Shown: positions 1-12,312 of the stretch, in pieces
Layout of the letters: every line of letters begins with the position of its first letter
Numbering within the stretch: the stretch's first letter is position 1
Assembly: GCA_038087875.1 (NCBI GenBank)
Contig: CM075988.1
Coordinates: forward strand, 3,348,001 to 3,412,000
Length of the DNA stretch: 64,000 nucleotides
From: Malacoraja senta
Taxonomy: Eukaryota
Reading direction: 5' to 3'
Notes under the pieces: generated by a model
Told to the model about the DNA's origin: nothing
The model's database searches: none
What the model saw: only the letters and a program-made list of their open reading frames with translations
Position numbers and translations under genes: made by a program

Positions 1-3000
1 GGAGGACACCCGGTTCCTGATGTAGTTGGCCATGCCAGGCCAGTAGAACTGTCCTTGGGCATGAGAAACAGTGGCCTCGACTCCAGGATGACCACTGTGG
101 GCTGCGTTATAGTATAGATCGTATAGAGAGGCTGGGACCACAACTTTGTGGCCTTTGACGATAACCCCATCCTGGATCACCAGCTCGTCGCGGACCAGGA
201 AGAAAGGTTGTGCGCCCGATGGCAAATTGGTACGTTTGATGGGCCACCCGCGCTTGATGACGGCAGCCTGCTGCTGCAGTGCGGGGTCCGCGGCGGTGTG
301 CTCGATCAGGCTCTGTAGCTGCTTGGTTGGAACAAAGTTGACATTAAGTACGAGTAGGTTTTCCTGCTCGTAAGGGTGGCGGTCACAAGATGCCCCGTGG
401 GGCGCGAGAAAGTGTGTCAGCAACATGCATCTCCGTTCCCTTCTTGTATGTGATTTCAAAATCAAAACGCTGGAGTTGCAGCATCATACGTTGTAATCTG
501 GCAGGGGCAACATGTATGGGTTTGTTAAGAATGGTTAACAATTTGTTAAGAATCTACAGGCAAAGAGAAAGTCTTTGAATTTGGAACAAGCAAACACCAC
601 AGCCAGGAGCTCCTTCTCGATCTGAGCATATCGTTGCTCCGTGTCGGTCATGGTCCGAGAGGCATACGAGACCGGTAGCAGGAAGCCATCGCTGTAAAGC
701 TGCAGGCAAGCAGCACCCAGTCCAAAACGAGAGGCATCACAGGTGACAACAATGGGACGGCGTAGGTCGAAGAATTTGAGTGTTGGGGTGCTGATCAGCT
801 TAGACTTCAGACATTCGAAAGCCTGCTGATGTTGTGGAAACCAGGACCAGGCGATGCCTTTCTTAGTTAGTTGTCTCAGGGATGAGCTCAGCTCACTGAG
901 ATTCGGTACAAACTTCCCGAGGTAGTTGACCATGCCCAGGAATCGTTGTAGACCAAGCACGTCAGTTGGGGCTGGCATTCGGATATTGCAATAGTCTTTT
1001 GCGGGTCGGGTTTCAGTCCCTTGGAAGTGAAGATGTGCCCGACGTACGGCACCTCTGAGACACGGAACCGGCATTTATTCTTGTTCAGTTTTAAGTTGAT
1101 CTGCCGGGCACGGTCCAGGACTTTGCGGAGGTTCTTATCATGTTCGGTGGCATTCTCCCCATAAACTAGGATGTCGTCAACGATGATGGCGCAAGGCATG
1201 TCAGCGAACCGCTGTTCCATGGATCGCTGAAACACTTCACTGGCAGAGTTAATACCGAATGGCATCCGTAGAAACTTAAATCTGCCATAAGGAGTGGAAA
1301 AATTGTCAGGTTGGAGGAGCGCTTATCGAGTAGTATTTGCCAAAAAGAGCTTTTGCATCAAGGACAGAAAACAACCGTAGCCTGGCCGACCTGAGCTGCG
1401 ACGTCCTCTACGGTTCTCATGGGGTAGTGTGGCCGCCTGATCGCGAGGTTCAGGTCTTTGGGGTTGATACACACCCGTATCTCGTTTTTGTCCTTTTTCA
1501 GGGTAGCAACCATGGTGGAGACCCACTCGGTGGGCTCGCTCACTGCTTCCAGCACCCCCATTGTAACCATGCTCTTCAGCATCGCTTCCACTTTATCCTT
1601 TAAAGCGAGGGATACTCTGTGTGGTGCACGGACCACTGGCACCACTTTGGGGTCGGTGACAATCTTGTAGACAAGGGCAGTTTGCCCAGTTCATTATCAA
1701 ACAGGTCCGGGTACTCGGATAACGGATCCATTGGTAACCGTATTTCGTGGACAGTACGATCGAAGGACACTAGTCCCAGGTCTTGGCACGCCTGGTTGCC
1801 CAACAGAGTCACACAATCAGAATCCAGAACATAAAACATGAGGGGCCGCGATGACTTCTGCAGCACACAATTAAAAGTTGCCTTTCCCACAGGTTTCAGT
1901 ACCTCGCCCCCATAGGCACGTAAGGTTGAACGGTCTGAAGTTAGTGGTTAATTATGTCTAATCTTTCTGAACAGGTTTGTTGACATAACATTGACTTTTG
2001 CCCCCGTGTCGAGTTTGGCTGTGAACGGACAGTTGTTGACGGTAACGAGGACCGATGGATCGGGGAGGCGAGCAGGTGCGTGTAGGAGTGTAAATATACT
2101 AGCATCTCCTTGAGAACTAATTGCCTCAGAGTCGTGGGCAGTGTCGAGAGAAGACTGCGAACCAAAATCGCTATCAACTTGTGCTAGGTTGTTTAATACT
2201 TGTCTAGGAACAGGTGGCAGGTTCCCACGAGAACGGCAAACCGCCGAGAAGTGATTCAATCTCTTGCAGAAATTACATGATTTACCATAAGCCGGACACT
2301 GCGATTGCATTGAATGTACATAGTTACAATTAGGGCACCTTTTAACCACCCGTCCTCCGGGCCATAACCTGCCCGCGGCGCGGGTCTAGCGTTATCTATT
2401 TTGGGACGTGGTCTGTTGAGACCAGTTAAATTGACCGATCGACCATCAGTGCCCCTTTGTCCGAACAACGGGTCAACGACTTCAGCCAACCTGCATGCAT
2501 GCATTGCGTCTGTCAGGGTAAGATCCGGCTCCTTAGTAGCTCGGATCGCAGTTTCTGATCCAGCATACCTGTCACTAAAATGTCCCTGGTTAGCTGGTCA
2601 GTCATGTTTTCAAATCGGCATCGCTGTGCGAGATAACGCAGATCCGCAATAGGGCATTCAACAGGTTCATCGGGCTGTTGCTTTCTCGTGAAAAACTTTG
2701 CTCGCTCTAAATTCGGTTCGAGGGCAAGTCGCAAATTTCGGCAAATTTTCGCAATAGACATACTGGGTCGTTCGCAGACTCCGCAGGTACCTGAATCAGG
2801 TCGTTCGCATCCGGACCTCGGGATCATAGGCAAAGTATCACGCTCTCCTCATGGCATCTGGACCCGCAAGGTTCAGTAGGAGAGAAGCTTTAACAATATC
2901 GGGATCGTTGCGATGCACGATATTGATGTAATGAGTGAAGTCCATTTCAAAAGTCGCCCAGCGTTCAGCTATGTCAGCATCAAAGACCGGGGGCGAGGGT

Positions 3001-3113
3001 TTGCGGCACGAGGATGCCATGGCCAAAAAGTCACAAAACTCCGATAAAGCAACACTTTCAAAGAAAAAAAAACACGATATACAGGAGGCGCGCATTTAAA
3101 CTTGCTAACACCA
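1..3113 (-). mobile_element. Gypsy/Ty3 (Mag-like) LTR retrotransposon internal region, gag-PR-RT-RNaseH-start of integrase, multiply frameshifted, continues past the window start
   Basis: Minus-strand ORF pieces in Gypsy order: gag (3095-2513, ERAKFFTRKQQPDE, LTRDILVTGM), tandem Cys/His knuckles and protease KLDTGAKVN (2349-1948), RT (IRVCINPKDLN, MPFGINSASEVFQ, IVDDILVYG), RNase H (CDASRFGLGA, YAQIEKELLAV), integrase-like FYWPGM near 30-60. Confidence 0.95.
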
Positions 3114-3329
3114 TGTAAAGAAGCTGAGTCTGACTCACTTGTAGCTTTACTTAACGTTTAATAATAAGACAGGTTAAACACTTTCCAGCACTGACTGCAC
3201 CCAGTCTATCATCATGCTGGAACCAAGGGAGGAGCACACGGGAGATAGAGTTCTTATACTTGATAACTAAGGCGTGGTTAATGGTACTGAGGTAGCTATA
3301 TTATTGGTTGCATGCATAAACCATCTACA
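3114..3329 (-). mobile_element. 5' LTR of the Gypsy element (216 bp), PBS immediately internal (TGGTGTTAGCAAG, 3113-3101 on -)
   Basis: Minus strand reads TGTAGATG...CTTTACA followed directly by TGG; the outer edge abuts a CR1 3' UTR remnant (gccatgatcatatt...), which was the insertion target. Confidence 0.85.
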
Positions 3330-3403
3330 GCCATGATCATATTAAATGGCGGTGCTGACTTGAAGGGCCGAATGGCCTACTCCAGCACCTATTGTCTATT
3401 GTC
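3330..3403 (+). mobile_element. CR1 LINE 3' tail remnant
   Basis: gaagggccgaatggcctactccagcacctattgtctattgtc matches the 3' ends of the other CR1 copies in the window. Confidence 0.8.
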
Positions 3404-3439
3404 AAGGTGAATTGGACAGTACTCTAGCTTATGAAATTG

Positions 3440-3765
3440 CCGTTCAAAAGCCTGATAACAAAGGGGAAATAAGCTGTTCCTGCGTCTGGTGGTGCGCGCT
3501 TTCAAGCTTCTGTACCTTCTGCTAGACGGGAGCAGGGAGAAGTACGAATGATCGGGGTGGGACAAGTCTTTGATTATTTTGGCTGCTTTACCCGAGGCAG
3601 GGGGAATGTAGATGGAGTGTGGTCTGTGTGAGGGACTGGGCTACATCCACAACTCTCTGCAATTTCTTGGGGTCTTGGGCAGAGCTGTTCCCAAACTAAG
3701 CTAATGCAACCCACCAGAATGCTTTCTATGAGTATCTGTGGATGCTTGTCAGCGTCATTTGGGGA
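3440..3765 (-). mobile_element. Degenerate Rex/Babar-type LINE 3' fragment
   Basis: Similar to the 3' part of the element at 14389-15334 (ctgttcctg...ctgtaccttct...gatgga). Confidence 0.6.
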
Positions 3766-4119
3766 CAGCCAGAGATTATAGAGTGTAGTTGAGATTGTGT
3801 GGGAAGGAAGTGCAGATGCTGGTTTAAACTGAAGATAGAAACATCACACATTTCTTCTCTGCAGACATGACCCGAAACATCACTCATTCCTCCTCTGCAG
3901 AGATGCTGCCTGTCCCGCTGAGTTACTCCAGCTTTTTGTGTCTATCTTTAGTTGCCCTTGTGTTATGGGAAGGTTGCATACCTAGACAATTGTCCATATC
4001 ATGGCCGTTCGTGATGCAGACTACCCATTCCCATTAAATCCCGTTTTATCGATGGAGGGCATTCCTGTGGAATGTTTTTATCTCAACAACAGCAACTCAT
4101 GGGGATGTGGTCTATCGGC

Positions 4120-4323
4120 ATGGATATAGGGTGGGTCTATGACAAGAATATAGGATAGGTCTATAGGCGAGGATATGGAATAAGAATATAGGGAAGGATG
4201 TAGGATAGGTTTATAGGCAAGGTTATATAGAATTGGTCTATAGGCAAGGATATAGGATATATCTATAGATAAGAATGTACGGTGGGTCTAGAGGCAAGGA
4301 TATAGGGTAGGCCTATAGGCAAG
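4120..4323. repeat. Degenerate ~25-bp tandem repeat (ggatataggataggtctataggcaa)
   Basis: About 8 imperfect units visible. Confidence 0.8.
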
Positions 4324-4368
4324 GGAATTCTAAAACTGGAAATTTCTAGTGATTATTTACTTGCACAG

Positions 4369-4429
4369 AGACAATTGTCATCGGGTGGCGCATCCTTTCA
4401 CCCTTCTTGTTATTTTTAGTCTGTCTAAA
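4369..4429 (+). other. Candidate host-gene exon A (61 nt; xTIVIGWRILSPFLLFLVCL in one frame)
   Basis: Acceptor ttatttacttgcacag, donor AAA/gtaagt, apparently non-repetitive, hydrophobic open frame. Confidence 0.35.
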
Positions 4430-4559
4430 GTAAGTGGAGGTTTCCTAGTCTTTTTTTATGTGGGGAGGCGGAAGGGGAAGAGGGGAAACCGTTTCCCAGT
4501 CACTTCCTGGTTGGAGATGTGTCTTGTCTCCAAGTCACATCTTTGCCCCCTCCTCACGG

Positions 4560-5192
4560 TCTACCATCTGGATTGGCGTGGCCTTTCCTGCCCGAGACCT
4601 GCCAGAGCTTCAGCAGCGGCGCAGCACTGAATTACCATCGTGGAGCGGGCGATGCCTTACTGGGGATTGCCAGTGTTGAAGCTCAGGAGTGTTGGGCCTG
4701 ATGCTTTAACATCGTGAAGCTGTGGCCTGCGGAGCTTCTAACCGCAGGCGGCACTAACTTTAACATCGTGGAATCCTTGGATCCTGTGCCGAGGATCGCC
4801 AGTGTTGAATCTATGCCCAGCTCGGCCTGTGGACTTCGGGAGCCGTGGTCTCCGGTAAAAAGTGGCTGATTCGGAAACACCAAGCCGCTGAGTGTGTTCT
4901 TCCATTCCAACGTCGGAGTTCCGATCATCCCAGCAAGAGGGCCTGAACATCAGGCCACCGTAGCGGCGACTGCGGAGGGTGCAAAGGCCCCGACCACAGG
5001 TGAACAATGAGGAAGATGACTGAACTTTATTGCCTTCCTTCACAGTGGGAAATGTTGATTCTGCTGTGTGGGGATGTTCATGTTAAATTCTATCGTGTAT
5101 TCATTTTTGTTATTCGTACGGCTGTATGATAATTCAAATCTCACTGTACCAATTGGTGCATGTGACTATAAATGTAACTTGAACTTGAATTT
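4560..5192 (+). mobile_element. Non-coding dispersed retroposon (SINE-like) with a cttgaa-type tail; related copies at ~10150-10720 (-) and ~39725-39900 (-)
   Basis: Shared core gccttccatcacagtgaggaatgt...gtggtggatgttcatgttaaa and an aataaa-like 3' end with short-repeat tail. Confidence 0.6.
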
Positions 5193-5469
5193 CAGCTAAG
5201 GAAATGAACGTCCATATTTCAATTAACACTTTGATGTTTCTTGTTACATTTACACAAGCTGTTGCTACCATGGACAAAGACTGCCACATATGGCAGCCCA
5301 CCTGGACAGTAATCTCCAGGCAGGGACCCCAACTGCATTTCAATATATTATACAGTCTGCAAAGACTGGACCCTTCCCCACCCACTCCTCCCCAATCACC
5401 ACCTCACACCTACTTAAAGCCTGACCCCAGTCTGCAAAGACTGGGCACTCACCCACTACCCACCCCCCC

Positions 5470-6577
5470 TTGCTGCCCAACATCAGTCTGGCCACTTCTA
5501 CATCACTAACAATAGCAATTGAGGAGGTGGAAAAAGCTATTCAGGTAACAGAAAAAACGGAAATCTCCAGGACCGGAAATGTTTCCCCCTCTACCCTCAA
5601 GCTCTGTGCCAAACAACTGGCACCGGTCTACACAGACATTTACAATCCGTCCCTGCAAACCTGCACTGTCCCTGCCTGCTTCAAAGTCTCCACTATTGTT
5701 CCCATACCCAAAAAGCAAAGGATTAATGGTCTTAATGACTACAGGCCTGTCGTACTAACCTCTGTAGTCATGAAGACCCTTGAAAGACTTGTGATGGCCC
5801 ACCTGAAAAATATCACAAATCCCCTGCTGGACCCCCTGCAGTTTGCATATCTGGCAAATAGATCTGTGGATGATGCAGTCAACCTAGGCCTGCACTTCAT
5901 CCTCCAGCACCTAGACCACCAGGGGACCTATGCAAGGATTTTGTTTGTTGATTTTAGCTCCACATTCAACACCATTGTGCCAGAGCTACTACACTCCAAA
6001 CTCTCCCAGTTGACTGTGCCTGAACCCCTCTGTCAGTGGATCACCAGCTTCCAGACAGACAGGAAGCAGCATGTGAGGCTGGGAAAGCTCATCTCGGACC
6101 CACAGACCCCCAGCATAGGAGCACCGCAAGGCTGCGTACTCTCTCCTCTCCTCTACTTTCTCTACACCAATGACTGCTCCTCCACTGACTCCTCTGTCAA
6201 GCTTCTCAAATTTGCGGATGACACAACCCTGATTGGACTGATCCAGGATGGGGAGGAATCTGCCTACAGACAGGAAGTGACACAGCTGGCGTCCTGGTGC
6301 CGTTGCAACAACCTGGAGCTCAATGCTCTTAAGAGTGGAATTGATTGTAGACTTTAGGAGAGCTCCCCCTCCCCTCACCCCACTCACCATCAACAACACC
6401 ACAGTCACATCTGCGGAGTCATTTAAGTTCCTTGGCACCATCATCTCCAGGGACCTTAAATGGGGGGCTTCCATCGACTTCACCGTCAAAAAGTTCAAAC
6501 AGAGGATGTACTTCCTGCGGCAGCTGAGAAAACATAATCTGCCACAGGCAATGATGGTCCAGTTTTATACTGCCATC
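5470..6577 (+). mobile_element. Rex1/Babar-clade LINE RT fragment
   Basis: ORF 5470-6357: [57 protein letters not shown]; frameshifted continuation FKFLGTII, QRMYFLRQLRK. Confidence 0.92.
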
Positions 6578-6707
6578 ATTAATATGCGGGGTTCGCTGGT
6601 CAGCGTGGACCCGGTGGGCCGAAGAACCTGTTTCTCTGCTGTATCTCAAAACTAAACTAAACTAAACTAAAGGGTCCCAACTCAAAACATTGCTCATCCA
6701 TTCTTTA

Positions 6708-6982
6708 GGCTTTAGAGATACAGCACGGAAATAGGACCTTTGGCCCATCGAGTCCATGCCGGCCAGCGATCACCCCGTACACTGTCCTACACACTAGTTA
6801 CAATTTACAATTTTACTGAAGCCAAATTAAGCTACAAACATGTACATTTTTGGAGTGTTTGGGTGGAAACCGGAGTACCTGGAGGAAACCCACATGGTCA
6901 CAGGCAGACAGACAGCACCCGTAGTCAGGATCGAACCTGGGTCTCTGGCGCTGTAAGGCAGCAACTCTAGTGCTGCGCCGCC
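6708..6982 (-). mobile_element. tRNA-derived V-SINE/HE1-like SINE (representative copy). Further copies near 9598-9885, 31170-31350, 35135-35420, 40015-40370, 42275-42570, 42625-42925, 45180-45470, 46425-46835, 47050-47350, 47578-47730, 55115-55420, 56795-57100, 58080-58195
   Basis: tRNA-like head (A box ggcgcagc..tagag, B box ggttcgatcc), central gtgggtttcctccgggtgctccggtttcctcccaca, CR1-like tail gggccgaagggcctgtttcc ending in (ctaaa)n. Confidence 0.85.
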
Positions 6983-7079
6983 AGGCCTCAACATTCAAGA
7001 TGTCAAGATTCTAGTATCTGCATTTCTTTGTATCTCTAACGTCCAATCATGATGGAAATGCTTTCAAAGTTGGAGATAT

Positions 7080-7520
7080 ATAGAGTCATCCAGCACGGAC
7101 ATATGCCCTTTGTCCATGCCGATCAAGATGCCCCGTCTACACTTGTCCTACCTACCCACATTTGTCCCATATCCCTCTAAACCTTTCCTATCCATGTATC
7201 TGCCCAAATGTCTTTTAAATGTCATCATAGTTTCTGCCTCAACTTCCACCTGTAACACATTTCATATACTCGCCGCCCTCTGTGTGAAAAAGTTGCCCCT
7301 CGGGTTCCTATTAAATCTTTCCCCTCTCTCAATAAACCTATGTCATCTGGTTATTCATTACCCTACTCTAGGTAAAAGACTAGGGTAGGGTATCTAGTCG
7401 CCTCATGATCTCATACACTGTAAGATCACCTCTCATCCACCTGAATCCCAGTCCTAGCTTGGCAAACCTCTCCCAATAGTTCAGGGCCTCAAGTCCTGCC
7501 AACATCGTTGTAAATCTAGT
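7080..7520 (-). mobile_element. CR1 LINE 3' fragment
   Basis: Antisense to the CR1 ORF2 C-terminus and 3' UTR (compare 23800-24345). Confidence 0.8.
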
Positions 7521-7780
7521 GCGGGGTTGGATACAATTGATGTACATGGATATCAGTGGCAGAGTCCTACTCAACAAGGGGGAAATATAACAGGTGGGTT
7601 TGGGTCAGTAACCTTTTTCAAACTGTACCCAGACTGCAGATGCCTGCGTATATGCACAGATGTGTTGCTGACAACATCCAGTATGGAATATTGTGCAGGG
7701 AGGAACTGCAGATGCTGGTTTAACCCGAAGATAGACACAAAAAACTGGAGTTAGTCAGCAGGATAGACAGCATAGGTCTC

Positions 7781-7985
7781 TGTAGATGACATGTGCATGT
7801 ACCTTTAACATAGTGACCTCACCACTACTAACCACTCCCCACATCACTAGTATAATTACAACCTTCCCACCCAGTGCTCGCTCTCTCTGGTTCCGGTGAC
7901 GGACCACAAACAGCTAGGGCAGTAAAGTATGTGTATCATGAATAAACAGTAGTAAAGACACAGTGTGTTATGATGCCTCTTTACA
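7781..7985 (+). mobile_element. Solo LTR (205 bp) with 5-bp TSD GTCTC
   Basis: TGTAGATG...CTTTACA termini, aataaa at 7941-7946, gtctc at 7776-7780 and 7986-7990. Confidence 0.85.
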
Positions 7986-8094
7986 GTCTCGAAAGAAGAG
8001 TCTTGACCCGAAACGTCACCTATGCCTTTTCTCTGGAGATGCTGCCTGACTCGCTGAGTTATTCCAGTTTTTTGTGTCCATCTTTAGTATGGAA

Positions 8095-9413
8095 CTAGAA
8101 TGTGGGTCCCAGCATCTCACGGGAGGGCTGATCCCCCAAAGCAATATTCCACCTCTCCACCAATTCCAATATTGGTGGCCAGTGGGGTGGGGGGGGGGGC
8201 TTTCTGGAGCGCTAGTATGGGTGTTGTGGGCTGAAGAGACTGGTTTCCAGAGGGCTAGTATGGACAATGTGGGCCAAATGGATTCTTGGGCAGGCGGTTC
8301 AGTCACTCAAGCCTGTTGTGCTGGCAGCTCACTCACTCACGGCTGGTGGGCTGGCAGTTGACTCACAGCTATTCCTTGAAATTCCATTTTAAGCAGGGTA
8401 CAAGGCCACCAAATTCAAGTGCAGTTTCATACCACTTCAAGCAGGGTGCAAGGCCACCAAATTCAAGTGCAGTTTCATACCATTTCAAGCAGGGTGCAAG
8501 GCCACTAAAGACAGCTAGACGTGACCTCTCCATCCTCCATCTTGCTGAGACTGAGCCACGCCCACTCTTCTGGGTTTTATAGTCCCTCCCCCCTCTCACC
8601 AGAAGGGGCGTGGCCTTCATGGCATGATTAACAAGAGAGAGAATCTCAACATTTTTTAAACACTAATAACTCTTTTATTTTTCATCAATGGGATAAATCC
8701 TATTGTCCTGCACAGCGGAGGGGGACTGAGTAGGATGGCCAAAAATCACAGCCATACGTGGTAGCGTTTTTTCTAAAATCAATATAAAGCGCAAACAGGA
8801 AGTGGTCAAGATTAGACTTTTAATGATATAGAAGGCAAGGCAACTTTAATTAGGCAAGGCAACTTTAATTAGGCAAGGCAACTTTAATTAGGCAGGGCAA
8901 CGTTAATTAGGCAACACAGCTTTAGCATTTCCAAACCAAAGGCAACACAGTTTTAGCATTTCAAAACCAAAGGCAACACAGCTTTAGCATTTCCAAACCA
9001 AAGGCAACACAGCTTTAGCATTTCCAAACTATATTTTCAAACCACATTAAGGGCACTGACAGGTCAGTAAAACCACTCACAGTTTAGTAGACATGTGTTC
9101 AGTGTTATTCACAGCTCAGACTGAGAGACGTGACCTTCCCCCATCTTGCAGAGACTGACTGAGGCACTCAACACTTCCGGGTTTTATAGTCCCTCCGGAA
9201 GGGGCGTGGCCTTCAGGAGAGAGAATATGAACATTTATTAAACACTAATAACTCTTTTATTTTTCATCGATGGGAAAAATCCTGGTACTGCACAGCGGAG
9301 GGGGACTCTGAGTAAGATCGCCAAAAATCACAGCCGTAAGTGGCAGCGTTTTTTCTAAAATCAATATACAGAACAACAGGAAGTGGTCAAGATCAGACTT
9401 TTGGTAATATAGA
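8095..9413 (-). mobile_element. Non-autonomous Helitron-like element with internal minisatellites
   Basis: Minus strand A|TCTATATT...CTAG|T (TC start, CTAG end, AT target, no TSD); internal ~48-, 19- and 31-bp tandem arrays; ~300-bp 5' block duplicated. Confidence 0.7.
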
Positions 9414-10801
9414 TATTGCCAGGAGTCAGTCGAGGCTGCCCGTCTTCTCCGCCTTGTTGGTATGTTGTATCCTCTCCTCTGGCCAGTCCATCAGGAAGGC
9501 CGGCGGGATTAAAGGGGCGATGACCCTAGGCAGCCAAGGCATTCGACTCTAAGCTTGCTCGACTGCACATGGGCAACATCAGCACAGCGGAATAGCTGGT
9601 GGAGCCACTGCCTCACATCTCCAGAGACCTGGGTTTCCTCCTGATCTTGGGCGCTGTTTGTGTAGAATTTGCACGTTCTCCCTGCAAAACTGTCACTTTC
9701 CTCAGGTGTTTTGATTTAATCCGACATCCTAAGTACGTGCAGGCTAGTAATGGCCCATAGTGTTTGGGATGAGGAGAGAGTTGATGAAAACATGGCATAA
9801 TATATGTGTGAGCAATGTACTGTTGGATTAGTGTAAGTAGGTGGTCAGCATGGACTCAATGGGCCGAAGGACCTGTTTCCCTGCTGGATCTGGAGACTCT
9901 TCTTCAGACTGAGTCAGGGGAGAGGGAAACTAGAGGTATGAAAAGAACAAACCAAAGCCAGCAACGAAGATCAAGGAAAGATGGAGCCCACAATGGTCCA
10001 TTGTTGATTGTGGAGGAGGTGATAACGAGTAGTGAAGCTTGCAGAATGACTAGGGTGGGGGAGTGACGGAGAGAGAAGGAATGCAAGGGTTACTTGAAGT
10101 GAGAGAAATCAATATTCACACCGTTGGATTGTAAGCTTCCCAAATCATAATCATAATATTAATCATACTTTATTAACCAAGTATGTTTTGCAACATACGA
10201 GGAATTTGATTTGCCTTACAGTCACAGCAATAAAAAGCAACAAGACACACAAAATACATTTTAACATGAACATCCACCACAGTGACTCCTCCACATTCCT
10301 CACTGTGATGGAAGGCGAAAATAAAGTTCAATCTCTTCTCTTCTTTGTTCTCCCGCGGTCGGGATCTCGAGCCTTCCATTGATGGGACGATCTTGGCTCC
10401 CATAGCCAGCGGTCGGGCCCTCCGCATTGGGGCGATCAAGCTCCCAAATCGGGGGGATCTCAGCTCCCCGCGCCGGGCGATCGGACCCCAGGTCGGGGCA
10501 AGTCGAACATCCTGCGACTTTGGAACTTCCCAACATAGGTCTCCACCCAAGACTGCGAGCTCCTCGATGGTGAAATCCGCAGGCCGCGGTTGGAGCATCG
10601 ATCCCACGCAAGGGGTCTCAGACTCTGATAGTAAGTCCATGGCCCCACGGTGGGGCTCAAAATCAGTCTCGAGCAAGGCCGCCAGCTCCATGATGTTAGG
10701 CCACAGAGCAACAGGAGATACAGGTTGCTATTGTTTTTTAGACACAAAGTGCTGGAGTAACTCAGCGGGTCAGGCAGCATCTCTGGAGAAAAAGAATGGG
10801 T

Positions 10802-10829
10802 GACGTTTCGGGTCAGGACCTTTCTTCAG
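10802..10829 (-). ncRNA. Minimal type I hammerhead-like motif in a Penelope-derived repeat (stem II closing pair mutated)
   Basis: Reverse complement ctgaagaaaggtcctgacccgaaacgtc. Confidence 0.55.
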
Positions 10830-12284
10830 ACAGGTCTCTAGACCTTTTATTTAAAAAAATAGTCTGCAGAAGGGTGCCGACCCGAAATGGACCCGTGATC
10901 CCACGGACAATATCTGAGCGAACCCGAGCAGGAACGAGCCTAATATCTCAGCAAGACCTCAATGTGTGTCATTGTCCTTCAGTTTGTGGGAGATTCGATT
11001 GCCCATTTGCTCCCGGGGTGGGATAAACCCTTCCTTTATCACACAATGTGATGGAGAAACTCAGCCGGTCAGGCGGCATCTCTGGAAACATGGATAAGTG
11101 AGGTTTCGGTTGGACACCATTCATTCAGTCTGAAGGAGGGTCCTGACCGAAAATGTCACCTGGTCTTTTCGATGCTGGCTGACCCGCTGAGTTACTCCAG
11201 CACTTTGTGTCTACCTTCGGTATAAACCAGCATCTGCAGTTCCTTTCTACACATTGCTATTGTTATTTGTCTGTGTTCCAATAATGTGATAAGAAACTAA
11301 TTACAGGAGTATTTGTGAAGTTGGGGTTGGGGACACGGTAGAATGACTTTTGGTAACTCCCACTATTCAAATCAGGTTCTGTGAAACAACTTCTTAAGTT
11401 ACAAAAGTAAGTTAGCAACTATGGTCAACAAATAAAGAGAATGGATGGAAATGTCGAAACAATGCTGCAAAAGCTATTTGAACAATATTAATGAGGACAT
11501 AGCAATATACTTAACTATTAAATGCTCTCTGAAAATACATGGGTGGTAATTCATTCTTGAGGTGAATCAAGATGATTGTGATGGAGACTTGCAGACAAAG
11601 AGATAGCTGGCTCAATACAACCGGTCAAAGTCAAGGGGCATGTTGTTTCTTTAAAGGTAGATGCAGTTAATGTCATAATGAACAATAGGGCATCGTTAAA
11701 TGCTACCTTTACAGTCAAGATTGAGAATGAAGTGCCAGCGGTACAATGGAGATGAGACGTAAATCAACTTATTATAACATTTGTTGAATCGCAGTTGTGT
11801 TGTGTTGGAGCAGGGCGATTGTTAAGTATTGTTTCTACAAATTATACTTGCTCTATTGTCTCCAGGGACACGAAAGCCACGCATGAAAATGTAAAAAGGT
11901 TGAACAGAAGCAGAAGAACCAGTTGATAATCTTTTAATGTTGCAAGAACAGTGGGAGCAAACAGTGGAGGTAAGTGACAGCAAGCACCAATACGACTAAA
12001 TGTGAAGTGGGAGAGTGAATTTGCGAAGTGTGAAGTTGCTCTACAACACTCCAGTAGGGCTCTGGGGAGTGTTGTAGAGCAGATCCAGGAGTGCAGGTGC
12101 ATGGATCCTTGAAGGTGGAGTCGCAGGTATATAGGGTGGTCAAAAAGGCATTTGGCACTTTTTTTTTTGGAGATGGGGTTTGTGCCGCAGGAAGCTTGCA
12201 GGACTAGTCGAGATTTCCCAGGAGACACAAAATGCTGGAGCAACCCAGCGGGACAGGCAGCATCCCCGGAGAGAAGGAACGGGT

Positions 12285-12312
12285 GACTTTTCGGATCGAG
12301 ACCCTTCTTCAG
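12285..12312 (-). ncRNA. Minimal hammerhead-like motif in palindromic Penelope-derived element (~12222-12412)
   Basis: Reverse complement CTGAAGA A GGGT CTCG ATCC GAAA AGTC. Confidence 0.6.

Noticed and set aside
11300..12050. Possible decayed LINE ORF1 with Cys/His knuckles
   Set aside because: Too degenerate to recover a coherent motif by eye
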